Shown one piece after another: positions 25,256 to 39,149 of a DNA stretch of 64,000 nt. The translations under genes and the position numbers were made by a program. Each line of letters begins with the position of its first letter. Within the stretch, counting starts at the first letter, position 1. The notes below the pieces were generated by a model that was given only the letters and a program-made list of their open reading frames with translations, did not search any database and was not told the origin of the DNA. This stretch comes from Octopus sinensis (taxonomy: Eukaryota): the NCBI RefSeq assembly GCF_006345805.1, contig NC_043007.1, positions 54,994,001 through 55,058,000 on the forward strand, in the 5' to 3' direction.

Positions 25256-26229
25256 AATGAATTTGTAATATTACAACATATAGATGGAAACCATGAACAT
25301 CTCATTAGACAAAGGTTCGAAGAAAAGTTTTCGACTTAATGAATTATATTCTGCAACTAATATATTAACCCTGGAATTTCAGTTTGTATGGACGATTTTC
25401 TTTAAGGTAAACCGTCTCCTTATATACACTCTGCTAGCTAGAATCCGCAAGAATGTTGAGGGAGGAACCAGTACAAATTTATTAGCGTCCTCTGTATAGA
25501 TAGATAGACAGACAGACAAACAGGCAGGCGGGCAGGCAGGCGACAGACAGGCAGACAAGCAGACAGGCAGACAGGCAGACAGACATACAAACAAATAGAT
25601 AGATAGACAGATAAACAAGCACACATATACATATAAAGGTGATGCTCGTAGTTGAGTGCAAGCCAAATTGAAATGAAATTATATTAAGTATGACTAGATC
25701 AAATTAAAACCTTGCTTTATATCTCTTTAAGAGTGAACAAGCTGATAACAAGATTAATTGGATAATATTTAAAACAAGCACTATGAACATATCCATCAAT
25801 ATAGCTATGTAAATGATTGCGGCTGTTGACCCAGACATTGGTCGTGGTTTAATTGGATTTATATCAAAGCTACACATACATCAAGTTCACTTTCTCCATC
25901 CAATAGACCAGAATATGCTAACAACAGCAGCAACAACATAGTTACATCAGCCCATGCTTTCCTCTTCTGTTCTTATCTATTTTACTTTCTTGTGTATTTA
26001 GGTATAAGACTAATTTTAGACCGTGTTCAAAAGGTATATAATTTCTCCTTGTTGCCTTCTTCGAAAAGGCATGAAGTTATTAAATATTTGAAATTAAAAT
26101 TTCCCTAATTACTACAAGATACATGACACTGTTTAGCAGAATATATCACAACAAACTTATATCAGTTCACTCACTATAATTTATTAGCATCTAAATGTGT
26201 GTGTGTGTGTGTGTTTTCTATATTATTGT

Positions 26230-26900
26230 CTGTCTCTGTTCGGCTGAGTGCTGCTTATAGGTTACTCTTGATATAGGTAAGTAATTTTTGGGTTCCTCTA
26301 CTAAGGACATGCCAATTCCATACAGGGATCTTTACATGGAACTACTATTACAGAAAACTAATGACTGTATTGCGCGAATGAGATGGAAAGCTTTCTTCTA
26401 CTACAAATCAAATACTTCTCACCACTCCAAGGATAAGGATTACTATAACTTAAAAAAATCCACCATCTATCCCTCATTGGCTAACATTAATTTCACTATC
26501 CGTTACATTTGCTTTCGTTAGGCTAATCTTAACTTTACCTTCTCCTCTTCTCTCTTTTCTCTGTATCTTCCTTTCTATTCTTCTTCCTTTCTTCTTATGT
26601 TGTAGAAGTTCTACTTCCTCTTTCTCTCACTCTTGTTCATGCTCTGCTTCCCCTTCGCTCTTTGACCATTTGTTTTTGTTATACGAATCGCATTTGCCAA
26701 TCTTTTCTTGATGAGAAGCGGCGGACTCATTGTAATATCTTCATGACACCATGACTTTTTGCACATTTCATCAGTAAATTATGATTACTGGGGTTATTAC
26801 GTACTTTTGGGCTTCCTGAAACAGCTGTCGAAATTAGATATTTTCTTTATGTTTTATTCTGTAGATTTGTGCTTCATATAACTACGTCAAGTGTAACTGC
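26230..26900 (+). mobile_element. Internally deleted Penelope-like element (ORF N-terminus joined to 3' terminal region)
   Basis: SSTKDMPIP...LLQKTNDCIARMRWKAFFY matches the conserved PLE N-terminal motif; degenerate HHR at 26704-26833. Confidence 0.65.
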
Positions 26901-27041
26901 GTCTATCACCTCCATATCAGCCCGATTTGGATTTTTATTATAATCTCTTGATAATGCGGGCCTTGTTCTGCACGAAGAATTCGGAGTCTAAATTCAAACT
27001 CTTTTTGGCACTACTATGTGTTTTCTATATTGAGTATATCT

Positions 27042-27113
<72 letters not shown>

Positions 27114-27114
27114 T

Positions 27115-27635
27115 TAGCACTGCGCAGGATCATGGGCATTCGTTGGCAGGAAAGAGTGACAAGCCAACAAGTGGTGGACAGAGCTGGTTCAACAATCATT
27201 GAGTTAATGCTGCTGAAGACTCAGTTACACTGGGCTGGTCACGTCATCAGGATAATTGACAGCTGTGCACAAAGACACCTGTGTACGCAGGGCTCAGCCA
27301 AACAAGGAAGGCCTAAATTGATGTGCAAAGACACCTAGAGAAACAACCTCAAATGGAGCAGCATTAGTCAACGCAAACTTGAAGCCTCTCCTGCAGACAG
27401 ATCAGCGTGGAGGTATCTCGCCTCAGGAGCAGCAGCTGCCTTCGAGGAGGACTGGCTAAAGCATCTCGCTGCTGTAAAAGACAGATGTCACAGGACAGCG
27501 TTCGCTTCGATCAAGACAACAGACTATCGTTGTGACACCTGAGGGCACCTGTGTGCCTCCAGCTCTGGAACATGTACTCTCCTCGCTGAGAATAGACTTT
27601 GTCATCGTCGGATACCAATGGACTACCAATATAAC
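27115..27635 (+). mobile_element. RTE-clade LINE 3' fragment
   Basis: LRRIMGIRWQERVT...QLHWAGHVIR...GRPKL and DRSAWR. Confidence 0.85.
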
Positions 27636-28981
27636 ATTAGCTGTAATACGGTGTGTCGGCCTTTCTGTGTTTCTTGTTTTCTTTAGATGATATGGTGTAG
27701 TTTAAGGAGAATTTTGCTGCTATTTCTAGTAGGCCGAGACCATGTAAAGGTTTCGTATGCGATGTTCCCATGGGGACAAACAGTCATGACGTCCAGTATA
27801 TCTAGCAACGAAGGTTGCCGATTGACTGAAATTACATAATTTTAAACACTTTTTTCACTATTAAGAGAAAACGAATGCGATGTTCGTCATCATCATAGAA
27901 TACATCAGAACTATATTTTTTTCGAAAATAATCTGGTGAAAATTTGAATAACTTGAAGTAGTTGGAAGAAATTTAGCAAGATCGTATAGCCAACAGAAGA
28001 ATCTATCTTTGCTAATTTATACCAATTAAGTAGGTTATTATGGACTTCGTAACACCACAAAAAAAATACGTTTTATAATTACGTTCCTTCAGTAGCTACA
28101 ATAAAAACGATTTTTTATTAACCTTTTTTGCCCCAATTTTTCTTCAATGATGTCATTTTCAGCCTCGTTGTTGTATACTCCCGTTGTTGTATACTTTAAG
28201 ACGAATATCGCTACGAGTTTGAATAACGAGTTTCTTCAGTAAGATAATCAAAAGAATTGTTTACCAAGTCTGGCAGTTGCGACATTAATGATGAAAAAGA
28301 AGATAGCTATCGTATATTCAACGAACAGTTTCACATCACTAACATGGGACTGGTCGCATCGTACCATTGAATGTGCATTTGTATATGTATGTGTGTGTAT
28401 GTACGCATATATGTGCGTGGTATGTATGCGTGTGTGGGTATGTATGAGTGTGTGTAGTTATGTATATGTGCATGTAAATATGCAGATTTGTATGTGTTTA
28501 AATACGCAGTTATACATGTCCTTGTGTTTGCGTGCGTGTCCGTGCGCGCGCATGTGTGTCAGTGAGCTATAGTAAGAGGGAATTTTTAAAAAATACATTT
28601 AAGGTGTGTGTGGATGCATAAAAGATGTTTTGAAAAGTGGACAATGAAAGAATCACAAATTATAAGGACTGAGTATCTCTAGCAGACACAACCTCTTTCC
28701 AAAAGTGTTTTTGATTTCGAAGGATAGCTTAGTAAAGAATTCCCGTGTAAAAATAGCATTCTTGTTCTCGTGATTTCTATTGAACTCATATTATTTTTAC
28801 TATATTTGTGAACCTGGGATAAGTATGCATTGTCTGGCGTTAGCAGTCTACTATTTATTTCATATACAGAGATATCGCTTCCTTTGATAATCAATTTCTA
28901 AGAATCTATTTCTTGTATTCCAAACTATTTATCTACAACTTTCTTTTTCTCTTTGTTCCCCTCTCTCTCCCTTTATATCAC

Positions 28982-29026
<45 letters not shown>

Positions 29027-29198
29027 CTCACCTTCTCTTGTCATCTTCCTGCAGTTGGACTGAACACGGAACCATGTGGTTGGGGAGCAGACTTCTTACT
29101 ACACAACCACACCCATCTTTCATTATTTTATTACACAGTCATTTATCTACAAATATTTATCTCTCAGATATCCGTCTATATACACAAACACACACACA

Positions 29199-29256
<58 letters not shown>

Positions 29257-30108
29257 ACATATATACACTTGTAGTGTGAATATATGTATAGAAATGCTGC
29301 ATGTATCTTAGAAGAATTCTTACAGAGAAGAAGAATAAATTTAGGAACTATATATTTATTACATAAAATACATTTTATTCACTGGTTGTCGATGAAATAT
29401 AATTGAAATGTAGAAACTAATTGAATGAAATGATCTATGCAAGAAAGTTCAGAAATGTAGAAATAACAGCTAAATAGAGGTTTTTAGTATTGTGGCATAG
29501 AAACATAGACATAGCAATGACGTGAATGGCTCTGAGTCTAATCGACAAAGAAGCAAACAGTTTTTATTAATGGGACGCTAGACATTCTAGAAACTTCCAA
29601 GAGAAACGCGAAGCTTCTTGAATAATTAAAAATTACTTATAAATTATAATCTTCCGAGAAACATACTAAAGGGAGATTACTCTATAACACTTCTTGCAAG
29701 ATTATATCATTCAACTATTTTAGCTACGGATGACAAACTACTACACACTCATACAAAATCTCTCACACACAGTTTCTATCCCCGTCTCTCTCTGTCTCCC
29801 TCTCGTACACACACGCGCACGCACACAGGTTATCGCGCAAGCACACTATTGCATGCAAGCGTACATTCTCCTACCTCAAAATTACTTGTCTCAATACACT
29901 GTATATTTGTGTGTGATACTTTCAGTTTGAGAAAGTGGTCATCATTTTGTTCAACTAGATAGATGATTGCATCAGCGAAGGATGGATTCAGTATTTTAGT
30001 AACGAAAACATCAATAAAACGTCTTGCAAACATCTTCCCCTCCACTTCAATTGAAGAAAAAGATGACCTGACATCTGAGGTCAAATTCTTATTGACATCA
30101 TTTGTTCG

Positions 30109-30204
<96 letters not shown>

Positions 30205-30205
30205 T
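30109..30205. repeat. (TTTC)n microsatellite
   Basis: Direct reading. Confidence 0.95.
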
Positions 30206-30865
30206 AGTATGCAAGTGAGTTATGAAAATTGGTTGCTGGTTTGAGAAAAGCTGGGAGATTGTACACCAAGTGTTTATAACAGCTAGGTGTTTAGAGGAGT
30301 TATTGCAGTTAGCTTAATGAAGTATTTGTATTTTGGTATAGATTCCTAGATATGTAAGGGGAGTTGCATTGGGATTCTATCATGTTCCTCTTGTGTTATA
30401 TGTACAATTTGAAAATCAGGACGTGTTGAGTACGTTGAAACCTTCTTTAATGATGGTGTTTGGGAGAATATGTAACCTAGTAGGACAGTTGTTGAGATCA
30501 AAGATTGTATTTTGTTCTTTCATTCTTTTACTTCAGTCATTAGACTGTGGTTATGATTGGACACCAACTTCACCGGTTTCAATCAACTTTATTTTTCCGT
30601 TTCATTGTATCATTTTGGCAATATACAAGACGGAACAACAGCATACACAACACCATGTAAACAAACACAAACATGGATAATATATACAAACAAACACGTG
30701 CAAATGAGTGTGTGTGATGAGTTGAGAGGGGTAACTGGGCGAGATAAAAGACGGCAACACCTACTCAATAATATCGAATTATTTTTTATATATTATTGTG
30801 GATTAGTACTATCACCCGAGCAGAATCTCACTCTCTCTTTCTTCTATCTCTCTCTCCCAATTCTT

Positions 30866-30902
<37 letters not shown>

Positions 30903-30911
30903 ATATATATA

Positions 30912-31312
30912 CTCTTTTACTCTTTTACATGTTTCAGTCATTTGACTGCGGCCATGCTGGAGCACCGTCTTTAGTCGAGCAAATCGACCCCGAGACTTAT
31001 TCTTTGTAAGCCCAGTACTTATTCTATCGGTCTCTTTGGCCGAACCGCTAAGTGACGGGGACGTAAACACACCAGCATCGGTTGTCAAGCAATGCTAGGG
31101 GTACAAACACAGACACACAAACACATACACATACATACATATACATATATACGACAGGCTTCTTTCAGTTTCCGTCTACCAAATCAACTCACAAGGCATT
31201 GGTCGGCAAGGGGCTACAGCAGAAGACACTTGCCCAAGATGCCACGCAATGGGACTGAACCCGGAACCACGTGGTTGGTTAGCAAGCTACTTACCACACA
31301 GCCACTCCTGCG

Positions 31313-31314
<2 letters not shown>
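30912..31314 (-). mobile_element. SINE family A, intact full-length copy
   Basis: Minus-strand head GGCGCAGGAGTGGCTGTGTGGTAAG...GGTTCAGTCCC, short internal microsatellite, tail GTAAAAGAGTAAAAGAG. Confidence 0.9.
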
Positions 31315-31371
<57 letters not shown>

Positions 31372-31419
31372 ATATCAGTCATATGTAATATCACCTTAAT
31401 AACGATCAAAAGAATCGTT

Positions 31420-31572
31420 ATCACGCTAGGTAAAATGCTTAGCGGCATTTCGTCCGCATTTACGTTCTAAGTTCAAATTTCACCGAGGCCGACTTTGCCT
31501 TGAACACTGGGGTCGATGTAATCGACTTACCTCTTTTCCGAAATTGCTGGCCCTGGGTCAAAATTTGAAATC
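31420..31572 (+). mobile_element. MetaSINE-like SINE, internally deleted
   Basis: GTTCAAATTTCACCGAGGCCGACTTTGCCT...GGGGTCGATGTAATCGACT. Confidence 0.75.
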
Positions 31573-31817
31573 AATATTGTATAATCATTATTTGCATTCA
31601 TGACTTTTCTAAGCCATGTATTGTTGAAGAGATCGAAGTGACGGAATAAATGTAATACCAACACCTCCATTCATGACCTGACTACGTGACACACAAATTC
31701 CACGTTGTGTGTGTAACGGTTTTCTTTAAGGAAAACTATCCATTTCTCTACATTCTGTGTAGCTAATATTCGCAGGAAGACTGAGTTAAACACATGGGTT
31801 TCTGAATCATCTCTAAT

Positions 31818-31879
<62 letters not shown>

Positions 31880-31886
<7 letters not shown>

Positions 31887-34455
31887 TAGATAAACTTAGA
31901 TATGTTTCGACCAAAGATTGGTCCAGGCCATGTCTAACTTAATAGCACCACCTGATAGGATTATTCGAATCCTGTTTAAGTCAAGTTTTGTTCAAGTAGT
32001 GAGTTCTTGTTGGGTGAGTTGTATCCAATTATGGGTGGCTTATCTGGTATTCTTTGAAGGAATCTATCCAGACTCTGTTTAAAGTTGATGGGATCCTTTT
32101 CCTCTTTGATCTCCCTCGGGACAATGTTAAATAGGGCAGGGCCTGTTGAGGAAAAGAAATTATGTTGCAGTGTACATGTATGTTGTGATCTTGAATTGGC
32201 AGGGGACGTATAGCCCGTGGTCCAAGTCTTGGATGAACCTTGAAGCTAATGTTTAGGTCGTTTGGGCAAAGTTGGCGGTATATTTTCCACATCGTACAAA
32301 TGATGTACCGCTCACGGCGACGCTGGAGGGAGTAAAGTTTCAAGGCTTTAAGGCGATCCCAATAATCGAGAGCAGCCATGCCTTCAATTTGTTTAGTGAG
32401 AGCCCTCTGGGGTGACTCAATTCTGGAGATGTTTTGTCTTGTGTGAGGAGACCACAGTGGGCAGCAGTATTCAAGGTGTGGCCGTACAAAGGAGGAGAAA
32501 AGTGGTATGATGACACCTTGTTCTCTGGACCGGAAAGTTCTTAAGATCCAGGAACTCATCCTACGAGCTATATCGACCTTCTTGTTGATGTGGGCACTCC
32601 AACTGAGATCATCATCAGTAATTACACCCAGGTCTCTGATATTGTTAGAGGCTGTGAGCGGTTCCCTGAAGGAAGAGAGTATGGTTGTTTTAGTGAGGAA
32701 TTTCTTCCAAAATGCATCAGCTCAAATTTTCCCTCATTCAGTTGCATTTGTTTCTGTCTGCCCATTGACTCACAGCATATAGATCAGACTGGAGTTGAGT
32801 TCGGTCTGCTTCTTCATTGACGATTTGCTGGAGCTTAGTGTCATCAGCGAATATTTTCACTTTGCAGTAATGTACGACACTGGAAAGGTCGTTTACGTAA
32901 ATTATGAAGAGTAGCGGACCCAAAACAGTTCCCTGGGGAACACCGCTGGTGACTTTTGCTGGGTTTGAGTGGACTCCATCAACTACAACATGTTGTGTTC
33001 TATTCGCCAGGAAATACTTAATCCAGTGTAGAACTTTTCCACGGATTCCAACATTTGCCAATTTTGAGAGTAGGATGTTATGGTCTACCCTGTCGAACGC
33101 TTTACTGAAGTCAAGATATATGACGTCAGAGTTCGAACCTGTTCCCAAGGCTTTGAGTACATCTTCAATGTGGTGTAAGAGCTGTGTTAGACAGTCCCTG
33201 CCACAGCGAAAGCCATGCTGATTTGAATTTAGGAGTTTGTGGGTCTCCAGGAAGTCAGCTATCCTTGATCTTAACACTCTTTCAAACACTTTAATGATGT
33301 GGGAGGTGAGTGAGATTGGGCGATAGTTGACTGCGAGGGATCTGTTTCCCTGTTTGAAAACCGGGATGACCGACTGGGATAGAAACTGTTTCGGTATATA
33401 ACCTGCGTCTAACGAATTTCTCCAGAGGTTGGTCAGAGGGACTGCAAGTTGATATCTACATTCCTTCAGGAGACTAGCGGGAAATCTATCAGGGCCTACA
33501 GCAGAGTAATGTTTGACCTCATTTATTGCTGCTACGATGTCGGTGGCAGTGAAGGTTATGTCTGAGATTTTATGTTGGGAGTCAACTTCGTTCGTTTCCC
33601 TCACGTCAATATCAGTGGGAACACTAAAGACAGAGCAGTATTGGTTCTGCAGTATTTCTGCCATTTCTTTAGCATCGTGTTGGGGAATGCCGTTATCATC
33701 AATCAATGGCCCAATGGGTGAGACAGTGGTTCTATGCTTATTTGCATAAGAATAGAACACTTTTGGGTTCTGTTTGATGTTTTTGATTACCCATTGTTCC
33801 TCCACAGCTCTTTGATTTTCAATGGAGGTTTTCATGTTAGTCTGCAGATGAAGTTTTTCCAGCTCTAGTCTTTTCATTGTTGTTGAATGTGGATGTTGTG
33901 TGTGGGAATATTTTAATTGGTTGATTTTTTTGTTGAGTCTTTTGATGCGCCTGATGAGTGTTTTTTTCTTTTTAGGGAGCCGGTTTCTGTTTGTGTTAAT
34001 AGATTTCTTGGGAGCGTGTCTCAATATGAGAGGAATTGGGAGCGTGTTTTTCCAGCTCTAGTCTTTTCATTGTTGTTGAATGTGGATGTTGTGTGTGGGA
34101 ATATTTTAATTGGTTGATTTTTTTGTTGAGTCTTTTGATGCGCCTGATGAGTGTTTTTTTCTTTTTAGGGAGCCGGTTTCTGTTTGTTAGTAGATTTCTT
34201 GGGAGCGTGTCTCAATATGAGAGGAATTGGGAGCGTGTCTCAATATGAGAGGAATTGAGAGTAAAAGACCAGTCGATGGAAGACAGATCCTTTCTGATTG
34301 TTCCCCAGTCCGCTTTGTGGGAGTTTATGTTGTCAAATGGGTGCCATGGAGTGGGATTGGCTGGTTTGGTTTTTATATGTCGTGAATTAAGATTGCAGAG
34401 TACCATGTCGTGGTCTGAGAGGAGAGTTTTTTCGACTGAAATGGTGTGAACGTAG

Positions 34456-34456
<1 letters not shown>
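31880..34456 (-). mobile_element. CR1-group LINE, 5'-truncated, relatively young; ORF2 RT with frameshift
   Basis: 428-aa ORF (32738-34024) with NYRPISLTS, QHGFR, YLDFSKAFDRVDH, GVPQGTVLGPLLF and FADD; then PHLEYCCPLWSP; tandem-repeat tail (TCTAAGTTTA)2; flanked by (TA)n. Confidence 0.93.
33853..34256. repeat. ~193-bp tandem duplication plus 28-bp tandem duplication inside the LINE
   Basis: GTTTTTCCAGCTCTAG at 33853 and 34046; GGGAGCGTGTCTCAATATGAGAGGAATT at 34201 and 34229. Confidence 0.9.
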
Positions 34457-34537
<81 letters not shown>

Positions 34538-34542
34538 GAAGG

Positions 34543-34593
34543 AGCTTCTACAGGACTAGAACTGTTTCATTCAAGAGAAATCTTCAGGAAGCT
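34543..34593 (-). ncRNA. Type I hammerhead ribozyme (inverted pLTR copy)
   Basis: AGCTTC-CTGAAGA-stem II-GAAA-CAG/CTG-TA-GAAGCT on the minus strand. Confidence 0.8.
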
Positions 34594-35789
34594 AGTTAAC
34601 AAGAATTGTATTGGCATTTATACAGCCCTCCACAAAATAAACCCCAGGACCACGGATGGGTTCCGGAAAAATCTTTACACCTTCTTTAAAAACTTAGGCC
34701 TTAGGATTACCTTAGAATCCAACTTAACCAAAGCTAACTTCCTTGACGTCACCCTCGACTTAAAAACCTCACTTTATTACCCGTACCACAAACCAAATGA
34801 ATCCCTTAGATATATAGATATTAATTCCAACCACCCCAAAAATATATTAGATAACCTAGTAAAAAGTGTTTCAATAAGAATTTCTAGCCTATCCGCCACG
34901 GAAGATATCTTTAAGGCCGCAGCCCCCTATTACAACGAGGCCCTGGCCCGCAGTGGCTTTAAAGATAAGATTACCTATACTAGTATAGCTCCACGCCAAC
35001 CCAGGAAAATAGACGAAGACACATTAGCTGGTACAACCCCCCCTTCAACCGTGAGGTCGCTACACCTGTAGCTAAAATCTTCTTCACTCTCCTACAGAAA
35101 CACTTCCCCACCCAACATAAGTACTACACTATCCTAAATAAGAACACTATTAGACTCTCCTACTCTACCACGCCCAATCTAGCCAGGAACCTAGCCAACA
35201 ACAATGTGAAAAAACTTAACATATCTACTTTTTCCGAGGCCCATCCAACGTCCGATAGCAATTGCAACTGCCCTGATAAAAACCACCTGCCCCCTCAACA
35301 ACAACTGCCTACAGAGGGACCTAGTATATACATGCGAGGTAAGATCAGGCCCTGACGATAAAAGAAAATCCTACATCGGAATGACGTCAAACAGCTTTAA
35401 GACCCGTTGGTACGCACACACACACTCGTTCCGGCGACCGGATAAATCCAACCAAACTACCCTCGCCGCCCACATCTGGTACCTTAAAAGGAACTCCATC
35501 CCCTTCAAGACCAAGTGGAAACTACTACAGAAGGCGCGTTCGTACACAGGAGGCCATACCTGCTGTGACCTTTGCATTTCGGAGAGCCTAGAGATCTTGT
35601 TTCCAAAGGCCCTCTCCTTAACAAGATTTCAGAACACTCCCCAAATTGCATGCATAAGAATTATGCAAACTACAAGAACTATAGACCTACCCGGCAACCA
35701 GATTGATGACACCCCACCCACAAACCCCCCCAATCCCACCGTTCCCCTAGCACCCCCGACTACCTTATCTCCTAAGACCTTTCACATAT

Positions 35790-35897
35790 TGTATGTGCAC
35801 GCTTGTATATGTGTATCGTATATATGTATAGAAATGTATGGGTATAGTAGGAATATACGCATGTATTATGTGTGTGTGTGTGTGTATGTGTGTAAAA

Positions 35898-35950
<53 letters not shown>

Positions 35951-36255
35951 TATATATGTGTGTATGCATATGTATGTGTATATGTATGTGTGTATGTATG
36001 TGTATGTATATATAAAATATTATATAATTAGGGCTTAGTAAAATAAATTACTTTGCCACATACTGAACTTTCTAGAAATAGCAGCCAAATAAGTTTTTTA
36101 GCCTTTTCCACTACTTAAAGAAAATTTTCTCTCAGACAATGTTTACTCAAAAAAATAATGGTCCTTTTACATACTGAATACTTGGTGAAATTGATTAATA
36201 ACTAATTAACTTTACCCTCAATTGTTGATATATATATATATATATTTATATATAT

Positions 36256-36337
<82 letters not shown>

Positions 36338-36466
36338 GTATATGTGTGTATGTGTGTGTGTGTGTATATATATATATATGTATATGTGTGCGTGTGTATA
36401 TATATATATATTTATTTATATATATATGTATATATATATATATGTATATGTGTGTATATGTATGTG

Positions 36467-36520
<54 letters not shown>

Positions 36521-36941
36521 TGTACGCGAGTATGTCGATGTATATGTAGGTATGTAGAGTTATGTGTATGTGCATGTATGTGTGTGTATATACAGATTGT
36601 AGATGGGTATATATATGTGTGTGTATGTGTGCACATGTGTATGTGTATATATATGTGTGTGTATATATATATATATATGTGTATATATATGTATATATGT
36701 ATATGTGGGTATGTAGAGTTATACGTATGTGCATGTGTATATGTATATGTATATGTATATGTATGTGTATGTGTATGTATGTACATATATGTGTGTGTGT
36801 GTATGTGTGTATATGTATGTATATATGTATATATATGTGTGTATGTGTAGGTGTGGGTATATATATATGTGTGTGTGTATGTATATATATATGTATGTGT
36901 GTGTATGTATATATGTGTGTATGTATATATGTGTGTGTATA

Positions 36942-36985
<44 letters not shown>

Positions 36986-37057
36986 TATATATATATGTGA
37001 ATATGTGTGTGTATGTGTACATATGTGTATGTGTGTATGTGTATGTGTGTATGTATG

Positions 37058-37116
<59 letters not shown>

Positions 37117-37206
37117 ATGCATGTATATGTGTATGTGCGTGTATGTGTATATGTGTATGTATGTGTGGTGTATATATGTATATGTATGTATGTATATGTA
37201 TGTGTT

Positions 37207-37275
<69 letters not shown>

Positions 37276-38000
37276 ATGTATATGTATATGTGTATGGTAT
37301 GTATTTGTATGTGTATGCATGCGCGTATATGTATGTATATGATACGTGTGGGTGTGTATGGTGTATATGTATGTATGTATGGGTGTATGTATGTATGTAT
37401 GCGGATGTGTGATATATATATGTATATGTATATATATATGTATATATGTGTATATATATATGAATATTATATATATATATATGTGTATGGTATATGTGTA
37501 TGTATATATAATATATGTTTGTTGTATATATATGTATGTATGTATTTGTATGTAGGTGTATATGTATGTGTGTATATATTTGGTGTATATGTATAGATAG
37601 TCTTCTAAGATTGTAGACATGAATCTGTAGGTACGCGTATGTATGTGTATATACGTGTATGTATGTAGATGTATGTATGATGAATATAACGCGTGCGTGC
37701 GTGTATGTGTATGAGTGTACGAATGAGAGTGTGGTGCGTGCTAATGAGTGTGCGTGCTGTGAGTGAGTGCTTGTGCTCAAGTAGAAAGATAAAAGGGACT
37801 AGCCAAGATGTTTGGGACCAGTGGTCAAAGATAACAAAGTAATAAATGAGATAATAAAATTAAAATTAGGGAATGGGTTTGTAATGTATGTATATATGTG
37901 TGTATGTGTAGGTATGAATAGGTACACATATGTATGTATGTATGTGTATATATATGTATGTGGTGTGTGTGTATACATACCACCCTATAAACCTGCCTAA
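35790..38000. repeat. Complex (TA/TG)n low-complexity tract with short unique islands, inside the PLE
   Basis: Direct reading; unique islands at ~36030-36230 and ~37780-37880. Confidence 0.9.
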
Positions 38001-38031
38001 ATGTATAAATGCCAATACAATCTTGTTAACT

Positions 38032-38081
38032 AGCTTCCTGAAGATTTCTCGGAATGAAACAGTTCTAGTCCTGTAGAAGCT
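38032..38081 (+). ncRNA. Type I hammerhead ribozyme
   Basis: Stem I AGCTTC/GAAGCT; CTGAAGA; short stem II; GAAA; stem III ACAG/CTGT; GUA cleavage triplet. Confidence 0.8.
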
Positions 38082-38170
38082 CCTTCTATATAATAAATTA
38101 ATTTACTCTACTATGTATTTGTTATACCTTATTTTACTGTGGTTAACCCCGAATCAACCCGGGACCTACA

Positions 38171-38320
38171 TATAATATATATATAAGATATATATATCTA
38201 TATATTATATATATATATGATATATATATATATATATATGTATATGATATATATTATAATATATATATATATAATACTATGTATAATATATATATATTAT
38301 ATATATATTATATATATACG

Positions 38321-38355
<35 letters not shown>

Positions 38356-38363
38356 TATGTATG

Positions 38364-38434
<71 letters not shown>

Positions 38435-38455
38435 GTATATATATATGTGATTATA

Positions 38456-38491
<36 letters not shown>

Positions 38492-38528
38492 CATACATGC
38501 TATATATATAATAACCTACATACATGTA

Positions 38529-38559
<31 letters not shown>

Positions 38560-38631
38560 TATATCTCTATCTATATATATATATTTATATCTATATATTA
38601 TTATATATATATATATATATATCAATCTATC

Positions 38632-38682
<51 letters not shown>

Positions 38683-38692
38683 GATCTATCTA

Positions 38693-38765
<73 letters not shown>

Positions 38766-38790
38766 TACATAGACACGCACACACACACAT
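38171..38790. repeat. Imperfect (TA)n/(TCTA)n
   Basis: Direct reading. Confidence 0.9.
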
Positions 38791-38953
38791 CGTCAGTGGA
38801 TCATATATCACACTCTAAAACCTAGGGCGCTTTATGGTTGCGAAACCATTGGCCCGAAACTACATGGTTGCGAAGCCTAATTGTGTTTGCCACACAAATA
38901 GGCCAGCATATATAATATGAAATATGATGAAATAATATAATACATACATACAC

Positions 38954-38995
<42 letters not shown>

Positions 38996-39149
38996 TGTGA
39001 GTGCGTGCTTGTGTGCATTTATTAAATTAATATAGTCCGTGTTTCAGGTTTTTATGTTGTAAGTTTGCATTTGAAGTGTGGTAGCGTTTATTGATAGTGT
39101 AGATATGTAATTTATGATTCAATGTACTGGATATGGAGTTTTATATCAG

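Larger units (their letters stand above)
34531..38170 (+). mobile_element. Penelope/Poseidon-type element: inverted 5' pLTR piece, truncated RT and GIY-YIG ORF, low-complexity tract, 3' pLTR
   Basis: NFLDVTLDL, YHKPN, SNHP, WYNPPF, KSYIGMTSNSFKTRW and CDLCISE; ~94-bp inverted repeat at 34531-34624/38002-38093. Confidence 0.92.

Noticed and set aside
27750-28365. Possible decayed TIR pair (ATGCGA...TCCCATG)
   Set aside because: Match too short and gapped to support a call
29830-30090. 84-aa minus-strand ORF as a possible host exon
   Set aside because: No recognisable domain, no ATG start and weak splice signals
36246-37780. Long ORFs of up to 402 aa rich in Y/I/H/T or C/V/M
   Set aside because: Translations of TA/TG simple repeats that lack stop codons; no protein-like complexity
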